From an uncultured Planctomycetota bacterium (GTDB taxonomy: Bacteria > Planctomycetota > PUPC01), in contig CAYLQD010000002.1 of the NCBI GenBank assembly GCA_964385685.1, positions 20,704 to 84,703 of the forward strand: a DNA stretch of 64,000 bases. Reading direction: 5' to 3'. Of this stretch, positions 1-8,327 are shown in pieces (within the stretch, counting starts at the first letter, position 1; every line of letters starts with the position of its first letter). Below the pieces are notes generated by a model, which was not told the DNA's origin, did no database searches, and saw nothing but the letters and a program-made list of their open reading frames with translations. The position numbers were made by a program, and so were the translations under genes.

Positions 1-1
1 G

Positions 2-331
2 GTGAAGACGCATCGCGCGACGGCCGCGGGCGCGCCCGCCGCGCACGCGAGCGCCGCGGAGGCGTTCCTCAAGCAAATGACGGCCTACTCCAACGACGCC
101 GGCGACACGTGCGACGAAAAGAACGCCAGCTTCCCGTACGGGCCCTACATCAAGAGGAAGCTCCCGGACAACCCGCTGCCGGCCGCCACGGCGACGGGCG
201 ACCCGGACGGTGTGAGCGTCGTGACCGACACGACGCCCATCACCGCAGACGGCACCCCGACTGTCGGTTGGAAGTACAGCAGCGCACGCGGCGAGTTCAT
301 CGCAAACAGCGCGACCTACGCCTCGTACTAG
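2..331 (+). CDS. GspG/type IV pilin-like pseudopilin, C-terminal fragment (5' end outside window)
   Basis: C-terminal region 'TAYSNDAGDTCDEKNASFPYGPYI..NPLPAATA..TGW.YSSARGEFIAN' is clearly paralogous to the C-termini of the next two pilin genes (459-1055, 1083-1652). Confidence 0.6.
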   Translation: MKTHRATAAGAPAAHASAAEAFLKQMTAYSNDAGDTCDEKNASFPYGPYIKRKLPDNPLPAATATGDPDGVSVVTDTTPITADGTPTVGWKYSSARGEFIANSATYASY

Positions 332-488
332 CGGCTGCCTCTGCCTCCAGCGGACATAACCTGACCCGGAAGGGCGCGGGGTCGGCGCAGGACGCGCCGG
401 CTCCGCCTCCGGGTTTTCAAGCGGCCGCCTCTTGGCGGCCTTGGCGTGGTGAGGCCTTGTGCGAGCGGCCAAGACAGGGAGTGATGGG

Positions 489-1055
489 ATGACGCGTCAC
501 GTGTTTGAGGGGCAAACAGATCGCCCGGCGATGGGGAGCGGATTCACCCTCGTCGAACTTCTCATCGTGATCGTCATCATCGGCATCCTCGCGGCCGCCG
601 CCGTGCCGCACTTCGGCGAGTCGTCGGCCGACGCGAAACTCGCCGCGCTCAACCAGACCCTGGCGGGCGTTCGGAGCGCGATCGAACTGTATCACCACCA
701 GCACGATAAGGCGTTTCCCGGCCAGGTCCGGAGTCATCGCGGAGGCGCCAGCGACGCACAGGCCGCACACGCCGATGCGAACACCGCGTTCGCCCTGCAA
801 CTGACCATGTACTCGAACGCAAACGGCGACACGTGCGCCGAGAAAAGCTCCAGCTTCCCGTATGGGCCGTACCTCAGAAACGAAATCCCGGCGAATCCGC
901 TGCCCGCGGCGACAGCCGAGGCCGCGGCCAACGTGGTAAACGTGACAACCGATACGACGCCGCTGGCCGTCGACAACACGCCCGCGACCGGATGGAAAGC
1001 CAGCTCGGAGACAGGCCAGTTCATCGCCAACAACGGCGATCACGCCTCCCGATAG
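489..1055 (+). CDS. Prepilin-type (type II secretion pseudopilin G / type IV pilin-like) protein, tandem paralog 2
   Basis: Class III signal peptide and N-terminal methylation motif 'GSG|FTLVELLIVIVIIGILAAAAVP'. AGGGAG RBS 7 nt upstream of ATG 489 (the track ORF starts at 459). C-terminus conserved with neighbours ('SSETGQFIANN'). Confidence 0.75.
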   Translation: MTRHVFEGQTDRPAMGSGFTLVELLIVIVIIGILAAAAVPHFGESSADAKLAALNQTLAGVRSAIELYHHQHDKAFPGQVRSHRGGASDAQAAHADANTAFALQLTMYSNANGDTCAEKSSSFPYGPYLRNEIPANPLPAATAEAAANVVNVTTDTTPLAVDNTPATGWKASSETGQFIANNGDHASR

Positions 1056-1082
1056 CGGCCGGGGCAGAGCGCACCGACGCGT

Positions 1083-1652
1083 ATGGCCCCTCGAGACAGA
1101 CACCGCGAGCGCTCGGCCTTCACGCTGGTCGAGTTGCTCGTTGTCATTCTCATCATTGGCACGCTGGCCGCCGTCGCGATCCCGCAGTTCGGCGACTCCT
1201 CCGCCGACGCGAAGATGGCGGCGCTTGACCAGAACTTGGCGATCGTCCGAAAGGCCATCGACAGGTATAGGGCCGAGCACGGGGGCAACTGCCCCGGGAA
1301 AGTCGTTGACGTCCACGAGCACACGAGCGGGTCTGACGGAGCCGGCACGCTGGAGATCGAGGTTCATACCGATGGCGTGGATGCGTTCACCAAACAGATG
1401 ACGATGTACTCGAACGCGGGGGGCCGCACCTCGACGAAGAAGGACGCGCGGTTTCCTTACGGGCCCTACGTTCGGACCGGCGTGCCGCCCAACCCCCTGC
1501 CCTCTCCCGGCGCGGTCGGCGCCGAGGCGACCGTCACCGTTGCGGCGGAGACCAAGCCGCTCCAGGCCGCCGCGAATCCGACGACCGGCTGGATCACGAG
1601 TTCGGAAACCGGGCAGTTCATCGCGAACAATGCGGAGTACGACGAGCGATGA
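1083..1652 (+). CDS. Prepilin-type pilin/pseudopilin, tandem paralog 3
   Basis: 'RSA|FTLVELLVVILIIGTLAAVAIPQF' prepilin motif. C-terminal 'TGWITSSETGQFIANN' is shared with gene 489-1055. Confidence 0.75.
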   Translation: MAPRDRHRERSAFTLVELLVVILIIGTLAAVAIPQFGDSSADAKMAALDQNLAIVRKAIDRYRAEHGGNCPGKVVDVHEHTSGSDGAGTLEIEVHTDGVDAFTKQMTMYSNAGGRTSTKKDARFPYGPYVRTGVPPNPLPSPGAVGAEATVTVAAETKPLQAAANPTTGWITSSETGQFIANNAEYDER

Positions 1653-2173
1653 TGGACGCTCGCGACAGCGGGAAGCGACTTGGACCACGTCCGAGCCCCG
1701 TGCGCGCGTTCACGCTCGTCGAGATCCTGATCGTCGTGGTCGTCATAGCGACCATCGTGGTCGCGGCGTTCCCGGCCATCTCGTCGACGCTCGACGAAAT
1801 GAAGGCCACGTCGCTTGCCCGCGAAATCGCCGCCGCGATCCGCTACGCCCAGACAATGGCCCTCAAGACGGGCGACGATCATCGGGTGCAATTCCTCGTG
1901 GGGTCCCAGGAGTACAGCGTCCAGACGAACGCAACCGGCCCGTGGGGAAAGTGCGATCATCCAATCACCAAGACGACCTGGGAATACACGCTTGAAAACC
2001 ATCGCCGCTACGCGGGGATCCGCTTGACGGCCGCCAGTTTCAACGGCGGCAATAGCGTCCAGTTCGACGCATATGGAGCGCCCCAGAACGGCGGCTTCGT
2101 GACGCTCACTCTCGGCGACGTGACGCGGACGATCCGTGTCGCGCCCCTCTCCGGCAAGATCACGGTGGAGTAA
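1649..2173 (+). CDS. GspH/FimT-like minor pseudopilin
   Basis: 'VRA|FTLVEILIVVVVIA' prepilin N-terminus followed by a 'REIAAAIRYAQTMAL' GspH-like helix. ATGA overlap with the upstream pilin stop. Confidence 0.6.
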   Translation: MMDARDSGKRLGPRPSPVRAFTLVEILIVVVVIATIVVAAFPAISSTLDEMKATSLAREIAAAIRYAQTMALKTGDDHRVQFLVGSQEYSVQTNATGPWGKCDHPITKTTWEYTLENHRRYAGIRLTAASFNGGNSVQFDAYGAPQNGGFVTLTLGDVTRTIRVAPLSGKITVE

Positions 2174-2176
2174 GAG

Positions 2177-3367
2177 ATGCGATTGCGGATTGCGGCCCGC
2201 CTTCGCCAGAGTTTCGGCGGGCAAGATGTCGGCCCGCCTTCGCCAGAGCTTCGGCGGGCAAGATTGCGGAAACGGCTCGGTCGGCGGCGTGTGTCCGCCC
2301 TGCCCCATGCCGCGGTTCGCGCCCGCCGCGCGTTCACGCTCGTCGAGGTCCTCATCGTCGTCGCCATCTCGGCCGTGCTGTTCATGTCGCTGGCCACGTT
2401 CGCGACCCGCAGCATCCAGACGACCGAGGTCTTGCAGGAGCAGAACCTGGCCTCGCACACCGGCCGGATGGCCCTCCTCCGCATCACGCGGGAGGCCGCG
2501 CTCGCCAAAGTCATCACCGCGGCGGAGGAGTATACGCTCAGCTTCACATGCACGGACGTCACGGGCGACGGCGCCGACGACGCGCTAATCTATGCGTGGG
2601 ATCCTGGAACACGGACGCTCACGCGCGTGCTCAACGGCGTCACGGAAACGTTTGCCGAGAACGTGGACCTGTTCCTGCTTGAGTACGAGTACGAGACCGA
2701 GAATCAGGTGACAATTGCGTCGGCCGGCGACGTCCTTCCGTTCACCGTAGGCAAGTTCGACGGAACCGAATACGCGATCGATGGCAACTTCTACCTCGAC
2801 ATCTGGAACAATTGGGCCGCCCACTATTTCGTTAGCGAGGCCGGACTCCCGTCGGTGGACTCGGTCACCGTGCGGGCCGCCCGCAAAGTCGAAGGCGTGC
2901 CGACGGCGGACATGATCATCGCCCTGCACGACGATGCAACCGGCCAAGCGCTGGCCCTGGGCCGGCTACATCCGTCGCAACTGACGACCTCCTTCACCGA
3001 CATCACCGTGCCGATGACGTGGATGGGCGGCGAGGGCGTCGAGATTCAGCCCGACACGATCTATCGCCTCTATACGATCCCCGACGGCTGGAGCGGAGAA
3101 TACGCCGGCTCCATCCTCGTCGCGCGGCTCGAAGAGCCGGAACTCCCGGAAGGATGCGGATGGTGGTTCGCCAATGTGGGCAGTCCCATCACGCCAAAAC
3201 GCGACTGGACCATGTACTTCAACCTGAGCGGCAACCTACCGGTCGCGACGCCGCGCCGGAGCACCGTGCCCGTGTCGATCCTCAAGAAGATCAAGCTCAC
3301 GATCACGACGACGGAAGGCGACCAGCAGACGACGGTCGTCAGGTCGTGTAAGGTGGTGAATCAGTGA
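2177..3367 (+). CDS. Minor pseudopilin (GspJ/PilW-like); true start possibly GTG at 2291
   Basis: 'ARRA|FTLVEVLIVVAISAVLFMSLA' prepilin motif, 396-aa ORF. The 5' end contains a 35-bp tandem duplication (2193-2264) that makes ATG 2177 doubtful. Confidence 0.55.
   Translation: MRLRIAARLRQSFGGQDVGPPSPELRRARLRKRLGRRRVSALPHAAVRARRAFTLVEVLIVVAISAVLFMSLATFATRSIQTTEVLQEQNLASHTGRMALLRITREAALAKVITAAEEYTLSFTCTDVTGDGADDALIYAWDPGTRTLTRVLNGVTETFAENVDLFLLEYEYETENQVTIASAGDVLPFTVGKFDGTEYAIDGNFYLDIWNNWAAHYFVSEAGLPSVDSVTVRAARKVEGVPTADMIIALHDDATGQALALGRLHPSQLTTSFTDITVPMTWMGGEGVEIQPDTIYRLYTIPDGWSGEYAGSILVARLEEPELPEGCGWWFANVGSPITPKRDWTMYFNLSGNLPVATPRRSTVPVSILKKIKLTITTTEGDQQTTVVRSCKVVNQ
2193..2264 (+). repeat. Perfect-but-one 35-bp direct tandem repeat (period 37)
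   Basis: cggcccgccttcgccagag[t/c]ttcggcgggcaagat at 2193-2227 and 2230-2264, flanked by gattgcgg on both sides. Confidence 0.85.
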
Positions 3368-4590
3368 AGCGACGGAATGCCGAGTCCGGGATGATCTTTA
3401 TCGCCGCCCTCGTCCTGCTGGCGGGGATGTCGGTCGTCGTCATCGCCATCGCCCACGAGGTCTCGCTCGACCTCAGGATGACGGGAGGGCTGATCGACAA
3501 CGATCAGTCGCTCGAGATCGCGAAAGTCGGAATCGACAAGATCGTCTACGCGATCAACAACGACCCGAACTGGCGGACGACGTACACGAGCGGCACGACC
3601 TACGGGCCGTTCGGGCTCGAACTCGGGACGTTCGAGGTGACCCTCACCGACGAGGACGGCGACCTGACGGACTCGCTCGTCGACTCCGTCACGGTTGAGT
3701 CCGTCGCCGAGTACCAAGGCACCACGCAAGCGGTCTCCGCTGTCCTCCGCCCGCCCGCCGGCGACTCGATGATGTACCTGGCGGCGATGTGGGACACGGG
3801 CAAGAAGATCGAACTCAAGAATGGTCCCCGGGTCTACGGCGACCTGATGTCCGCCGACGACGTCTCCGTCAACGGGCCGTTACCCGACTTCCGCGGCGAC
3901 ATCTACTGCCGCGACCCCAACACGGTCGACCCACAACTGATCGACGCCGATACAAGTGTGATCACGATCTCGCCAACGCCGGCCGACCCCAATCCCGACT
4001 TCGACTGGTTCATCGCGCGCGGGCAGCGGATGATGCCCCCTGTGTTCGGCGACAAGTACGTGATTGCCGACAAGGTCATCTCGCCGACGTCCAATCCCTA
4101 CGGCTTCACGAGCGCGAACGGCATCTACTACATCCAGGCCAACAAGGAGACGCGTTTCGTCCGGTGCCACATCACGGCCACGATCGTGGTGGTCACAAAC
4201 CACGAGGTGTGGTTCGACGAAGCGTGCGTCCACTCGCCGGCCTCGCCCGAGTACCCGGCCCTTCTGTCGGACCGGAAGGTTCACTACGACCTCGACCGGA
4301 ACCTCTCGGAGCCGCAGAGCGGCGTCGACTTCAACGGCGACGGCGACCAGCAAGATGTGTTCACCCCCTCGGTGAACGGGGTCATCTATGCGAAGGAGAG
4401 GTTCACGGGACTTCAGGAGGACGGCGGGACGAACACAGTCCGTTTCAAGGGAACGATCATCGCCAGGGAGATCATCATGATCGGCTCCGGCTGCATCTTC
4501 GAGCAGGACCCGGCCCTGTCGACGGGCCTCGTCGAGCAGTTCCAGGGCGAGGGCGTCAAGCTTGTGCCGGGCACGTTCAAGATCGAATGA
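3364..4590 (+). CDS. GspK-like minor pseudopilin
   Basis: N-terminus 'MKRRNAESGMIFIAALVLLAGMSVVVIAIAHEV' (charged leader plus hydrophobic helix, as in GspK). About 400 aa. ATGA overlap with the upstream gene. Confidence 0.5.
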   Translation: MKRRNAESGMIFIAALVLLAGMSVVVIAIAHEVSLDLRMTGGLIDNDQSLEIAKVGIDKIVYAINNDPNWRTTYTSGTTYGPFGLELGTFEVTLTDEDGDLTDSLVDSVTVESVAEYQGTTQAVSAVLRPPAGDSMMYLAAMWDTGKKIELKNGPRVYGDLMSADDVSVNGPLPDFRGDIYCRDPNTVDPQLIDADTSVITISPTPADPNPDFDWFIARGQRMMPPVFGDKYVIADKVISPTSNPYGFTSANGIYYIQANKETRFVRCHITATIVVVTNHEVWFDEACVHSPASPEYPALLSDRKVHYDLDRNLSEPQSGVDFNGDGDQQDVFTPSVNGVIYAKERFTGLQEDGGTNTVRFKGTIIAREIIMIGSGCIFEQDPALSTGLVEQFQGEGVKLVPGTFKIE

Positions 4591-4599
4591 GGACGACGC

Positions 4600-5130
4600 A
4601 TGTTTGCTGACGCGCCAACACGCAGACGGCCGCACGGCTTCACGCTCGTCGAGGTCGTCCTGACGGTCTTCATCGTCGGGGTTGGGCTCGTGGCCTCGCT
4701 GCAGGTGCTCCCGGTGCTGATTCGGACGTCCGAGGCGGCAAGCGAGCGTCTAGTCGCTCAGGGGCTCGCGACCGAACTCCTCGCCGAGATCGCCATGCTC
4801 CCCTTCGAGGACCCGGACGGGAGCGTGAAGTTCGGGCCGGAGGACAACGAAGACCCGACCACGAGGGCCGATTTCGACGACATCGATGACTACGTGTTCT
4901 GGCAGGCCTCGCCGCCGCAGAAGAAGGACGGGAGCCCCGAACCGGACGCCTCCGGCTACACCCGCGCCGTGATGGTCAACAGCGTCGAACATGACGACTT
5001 CAACCAGTACAGCGCCCCGGACACGAACAAGCCGAAGCGAATTGCCGTTATCGTCACGCGGCCCGACGGGACGCCAATCGTCATAACCACCGTCCGGCTC
5101 AAAGGTTCCAACCGAGAGGACCTGGAGTAG
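4600..5130 (+). CDS. GspI-like minor pseudopilin
   Basis: 'PHG|FTLVEVVLTVFIVGVGLVASL' prepilin motif, small (176 aa) protein. Confidence 0.6.
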   Translation: MFADAPTRRRPHGFTLVEVVLTVFIVGVGLVASLQVLPVLIRTSEAASERLVAQGLATELLAEIAMLPFEDPDGSVKFGPEDNEDPTTRADFDDIDDYVFWQASPPQKKDGSPEPDASGYTRAVMVNSVEHDDFNQYSAPDTNKPKRIAVIVTRPDGTPIVITTVRLKGSNREDLE

Positions 5131-5259
5131 CCCCGCCCCGCCCCGGCTGCGCCGCTGCATATAAACTAACTCCCCTGAATGCCGATACGTAGAGCAGGTA
5201 CGACCACGGGCCGCGGGCGGTCTCCGCGCCGCGTCCGCTCGGGATAGAAGGGGCACGTT

Positions 5260-6348
5260 ATGCCGTTCGGCAGCAAGGTTTCGCCCATTGGCGTCGACCT
5301 CGGCGGCACGGTCAAACTCGTGCAGTTCCGGACGAAGGGCGACACGTCCCCGCCGGAACTCCACGCCACGGGACGTGTCGAGGCCGGCGTTCCTGTGGAC
5401 GCCGCGGGCCCGGCCGAGCCCGACGAGTTTGTCAGCGCCCTCAAGAAGGCCCTTTCCGCGGGCAAGTTCGGCTCGCGCCGCGCCGTCGTCGCTCTGCCCG
5501 CGTCCGAGGTGGACTTCCGTCCCCTCACGCTCCCGGTCGACGAGCATGACATCGGCAAGAAGGTGCGCTGGGAAGCCGAATCCTACCTTGCCGGATCGGC
5601 CGACGACCATCTCATCGACCACGTCGTTCTGGGCGAGGCCCGGACCGCAGGCGAACGACGACTCGAGGTGCTCGCCGTCTCCGCCGACAAGCAGCGCGTG
5701 CTCCCCCTGCTTGATCTGCTGGGGCGCGCCGGACTCACCGTCGACGTGATCGACATCGTGCCGCTGGCCCTGTGCCGCTTCCTGGGAGCTACCCGGAACG
5801 GGTCCGACGAGCCGATCGCCGCGATCGATATCGGCGCGCAATCCACGAGCGCCGTCATCATGGGCGGCGATGACTTGCGAATGGCCCGCCCCATCGACAT
5901 CGGCGGCAACACGTTCACCGAGGCGATCCAGACCGCGCTCGAGATCAACATCGACGAAGCGGAGGTCCTCAAGTGCCAGCACGGCGCCGGGGCGCCGCGT
6001 AACACATCGCCCGACGCCGGTGGCCCGCCCGCGGCGGACGACGGCAGTAAGATCGTCAGCATCGTACACGACATCCTGCGGGAGAAGCTCGACCTGCTCG
6101 CGTCGGAGCTGCACAAGCTGTTCCGGTACTTCGCGGCCCAGAATCAGGGCCGCACGGTCGAGAAGGTCTTCCTTGTTGGCGGCGGCGGGGCGCTCAAGCG
6201 CCTCGACGCGCTGCTCACCGAACGACTCGGCACGCCGGTCGAAGCCGGCAAGCCTTTGACGCAGATCACGGGGCACGAGCCGGAACTGAAGCGCGGACAC
6301 GAAGGGGCGTTCGCCGTCGCTGCCGGGCTCGCACTGAGGAGCGCGTGA
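5260..6348 (+). CDS. pilM: PilM/GspL-like actin-fold pilus/secretion assembly ATPase-like protein
   Basis: 'IGVDLGGT' and 'AIDIGAQSTSAVIM' acetate/sugar-kinase-fold motifs typical of PilM. GGGG-rich RBS upstream. Confidence 0.65.
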   Translation: MPFGSKVSPIGVDLGGTVKLVQFRTKGDTSPPELHATGRVEAGVPVDAAGPAEPDEFVSALKKALSAGKFGSRRAVVALPASEVDFRPLTLPVDEHDIGKKVRWEAESYLAGSADDHLIDHVVLGEARTAGERRLEVLAVSADKQRVLPLLDLLGRAGLTVDVIDIVPLALCRFLGATRNGSDEPIAAIDIGAQSTSAVIMGGDDLRMARPIDIGGNTFTEAIQTALEINIDEAEVLKCQHGAGAPRNTSPDAGGPPAADDGSKIVSIVHDILREKLDLLASELHKLFRYFAAQNQGRTVEKVFLVGGGGALKRLDALLTERLGTPVEAGKPLTQITGHEPELKRGHEGAFAVAAGLALRSA

Positions 6349-6349
6349 G

Positions 6350-7087
6350 ATGCAGAGCGTCAACCTGATGCCCCAGGGTTACGCGCAGGCCGAGCGGTCG
6401 AAGCGCCGCCTCCTCATCTCGTCGGCGGTCGTGATCGCCGTCGTCCTCGCCATGATCGGCTGCGCCCGTCTGATCGGCCAGCGGGTCGGCCAGAGAGAAG
6501 AGATGAGCGGGCTGCTCGAAGAGCGGCTGGCCGACCTGAAGCTCAACCAGACCGAACTGGCCAGGTACAACCACACGCTCGAGCAGCTCGCCCGACGATA
6601 CGTGGTCGTGCAGACCGTGAACCGCAATCGCCGGTGGGCGTCCTATCTTGCGAAGCTCGCCGCCGCGGCCAACGACGAAATCGTTCTGACACGCGCCGAC
6701 ATCCGGCCCGTTGAACCGACCGTCGAGGCGCCGAAGCCGGGTTCGCTGATCCCCGATCCCGCGGCGAACGAAGAGGCGCCCGACAAGGTCAAGCCGAGAA
6801 AGCTCGTGCTTCGTCTTGAGGGCCTCGCGGCGTCGGCGACGGACATCACACGCTTCATCGGCGCCCTCAACGAGGCGGGTATCTTCGAGAAGGTCACGTT
6901 CAAGGGGTCGCGAACCGCCCAGCTCAACGGGAAGTCGCTGAGCAAGTTCGAGCTGGAATGCCCGATCCGCTACACCCCGCGTCGCCCGGCCGTTCGGCCC
7001 GCGGGTCCGCCCTCGATTCCGCTTGCCGCCAACACGCCGACGGTACTCTCGAAGGTGGCGCCCGCGATGACAGGAGGCGATGAATGA
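6350..7087 (+). CDS. pilN: PilN-like inner-membrane assembly protein
   Basis: 'VNLMPQ' (INLLP-type) N-terminal motif, a single TM, then a coiled coil. Start overlaps the pilM stop. Confidence 0.55.
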   Translation: MQSVNLMPQGYAQAERSKRRLLISSAVVIAVVLAMIGCARLIGQRVGQREEMSGLLEERLADLKLNQTELARYNHTLEQLARRYVVVQTVNRNRRWASYLAKLAAAANDEIVLTRADIRPVEPTVEAPKPGSLIPDPAANEEAPDKVKPRKLVLRLEGLAASATDITRFIGALNEAGIFEKVTFKGSRTAQLNGKSLSKFELECPIRYTPRRPAVRPAGPPSIPLAANTPTVLSKVAPAMTGGDE

Positions 7088-7635
7088 AGCTCACACGGTT
7101 CGATATCATCACCATTGCCCTCGTCGTCGTCGTGCCCGCGGCCGCTTACCTCGGCTACTTCAAGGGCCGCGTTGCGCGGCTGAACGAATTGAAGGGCAAG
7201 GAAGCGGAACTTGAGCAGCAGACCGCGAACGACCACCAGACCGCCGCCGACATCCGTGACGCGCGGCGGAATATCACCCGGCTCGAAGAGCGGCTCGACC
7301 GCTTCTTCGGGTCCGTGACCGGCCAGGACGAGGCCCACAAGGCCGTCGACACGATCCTTCAGAGCGCCAAGGAAGCCGGCGTCCGGATTGAGGCCGTGCG
7401 GCCGAGCCCGGCGATCGAGGGGCAGACGCTCAACTGCCTGCCCATCTCGCTGACGGCCTCGGCCGAGTTCCCGAAGCTCTACGACTTCCTTCGCCGGGTC
7501 GAACACAGCAAGGTCATCATCACGGTCCATCAGATGGAGCTGGGGAGCGACCCCGTGTCAACTGTGTGCTCCGTCCGGCTCGAACTGCGCGTCTACTTCG
7601 CCAAGCCAACCACCGCCGGAGGAACGCACACGTGA
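7084..7635 (+). CDS. PilO/GspM-like protein
   Basis: N-terminal TM 'IITIALVVVVPAAAYLGYF', coiled coil, position between the PilN-like and PilP-like genes. ATGA overlap upstream. Confidence 0.45.
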   Translation: MKLTRFDIITIALVVVVPAAAYLGYFKGRVARLNELKGKEAELEQQTANDHQTAADIRDARRNITRLEERLDRFFGSVTGQDEAHKAVDTILQSAKEAGVRIEAVRPSPAIEGQTLNCLPISLTASAEFPKLYDFLRRVEHSKVIITVHQMELGSDPVSTVCSVRLELRVYFAKPTTAGGTHT

Positions 7636-8327
7636 GCGATCTCAACGCCACACCTCCGGCGCGCTCGAAGCCGGCCGTCTTCAAGAGCAAGAAGGAGCTC
7701 GTTGCTTTGGTCGTGGCGGCGTCCGTCTTCGCAGTGGTCATCTACCTGATGTACTTCAGGAAGAAGGGACCGGAGGTCCAGGTGGCTGAGCTGGCGGAGC
7801 CCGCCGCCGTCGCTGTCGCACCGGTCGACGCCGCAGCTCCCGCCCCCGTCGTGTTGGGGCCGTCGGTGCAGAACGTGCTTGCGTCCCTCAGCGAGGAGAC
7901 CGATGCAGGGGCCGATGCCACGGCCGAGCCGGTCCGGAATCCGTTCCAGATGACCGCCGCGTTCCGCACGGTCGTCTATGGCGTCAAGGCGGTCCCGACG
8001 GTCGATAAGGGCCCCTCGAAGCCCGTCGTGCTGACGCCTGCGAACGCGCGCTCCGTGCTCAGCGGGATTCCGGGCGCACAGCAGGCGGCCGCAGCCGGCC
8101 TCGTCCTCGACGCCGTCATGATCACGGAGACCTGGCGTGGCGCCTCGATCAATGGAGAGATCATCCCGCTCGGCGAGACCTTCCTCGGCTTCACGCTGAC
8201 GGATGTCGCCGAGGACCGCGTCACGCTGAAGCGCGGGAAACACCGCATCCAGGTGCTCGTGCGGCCGCCCGTCGGCCTGCACGGGCCCGGCGGCAAGCGC
8301 AATCGTGCATGGAGACTACCGAAATGA
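7632..8327 (+). CDS. PilP-like lipoprotein/periplasmic protein (GTG start overlapping pilO stop)
   Basis: GTGA start/stop overlap at 7632-7635. TM, then an Ala/Pro-rich linker, then a C-terminal beta-rich domain. Immediately upstream of the secretin. Confidence 0.4.
   Translation: MSDLNATPPARSKPAVFKSKKELVALVVAASVFAVVIYLMYFRKKGPEVQVAELAEPAAVAVAPVDAAAPAPVVLGPSVQNVLASLSEETDAGADATAEPVRNPFQMTAAFRTVVYGVKAVPTVDKGPSKPVVLTPANARSVLSGIPGAQQAAAAGLVLDAVMITETWRGASINGEIIPLGETFLGFTLTDVAEDRVTLKRGKHRIQVLVRPPVGLHGPGGKRNRAWRLPK

Noticed and set aside
331-460. Hairpin GGCCGCC-TCTT-GGCGGCC after the first pilin fragment as a terminator
   Set aside because: The stem is only 7 bp, there is no T-tract, and the next pilin gene follows in the same orientation with its own RBS. 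It may just be GC-rich secondary structure.
417-1688. 423-aa minus-strand ORF spanning the three pilin genes
   Set aside because: It is antisense to genes with clear prepilin motifs and RBSs, Arg/Gly/Ala-rich as expected for a spurious GC-rich frame, with no motif.
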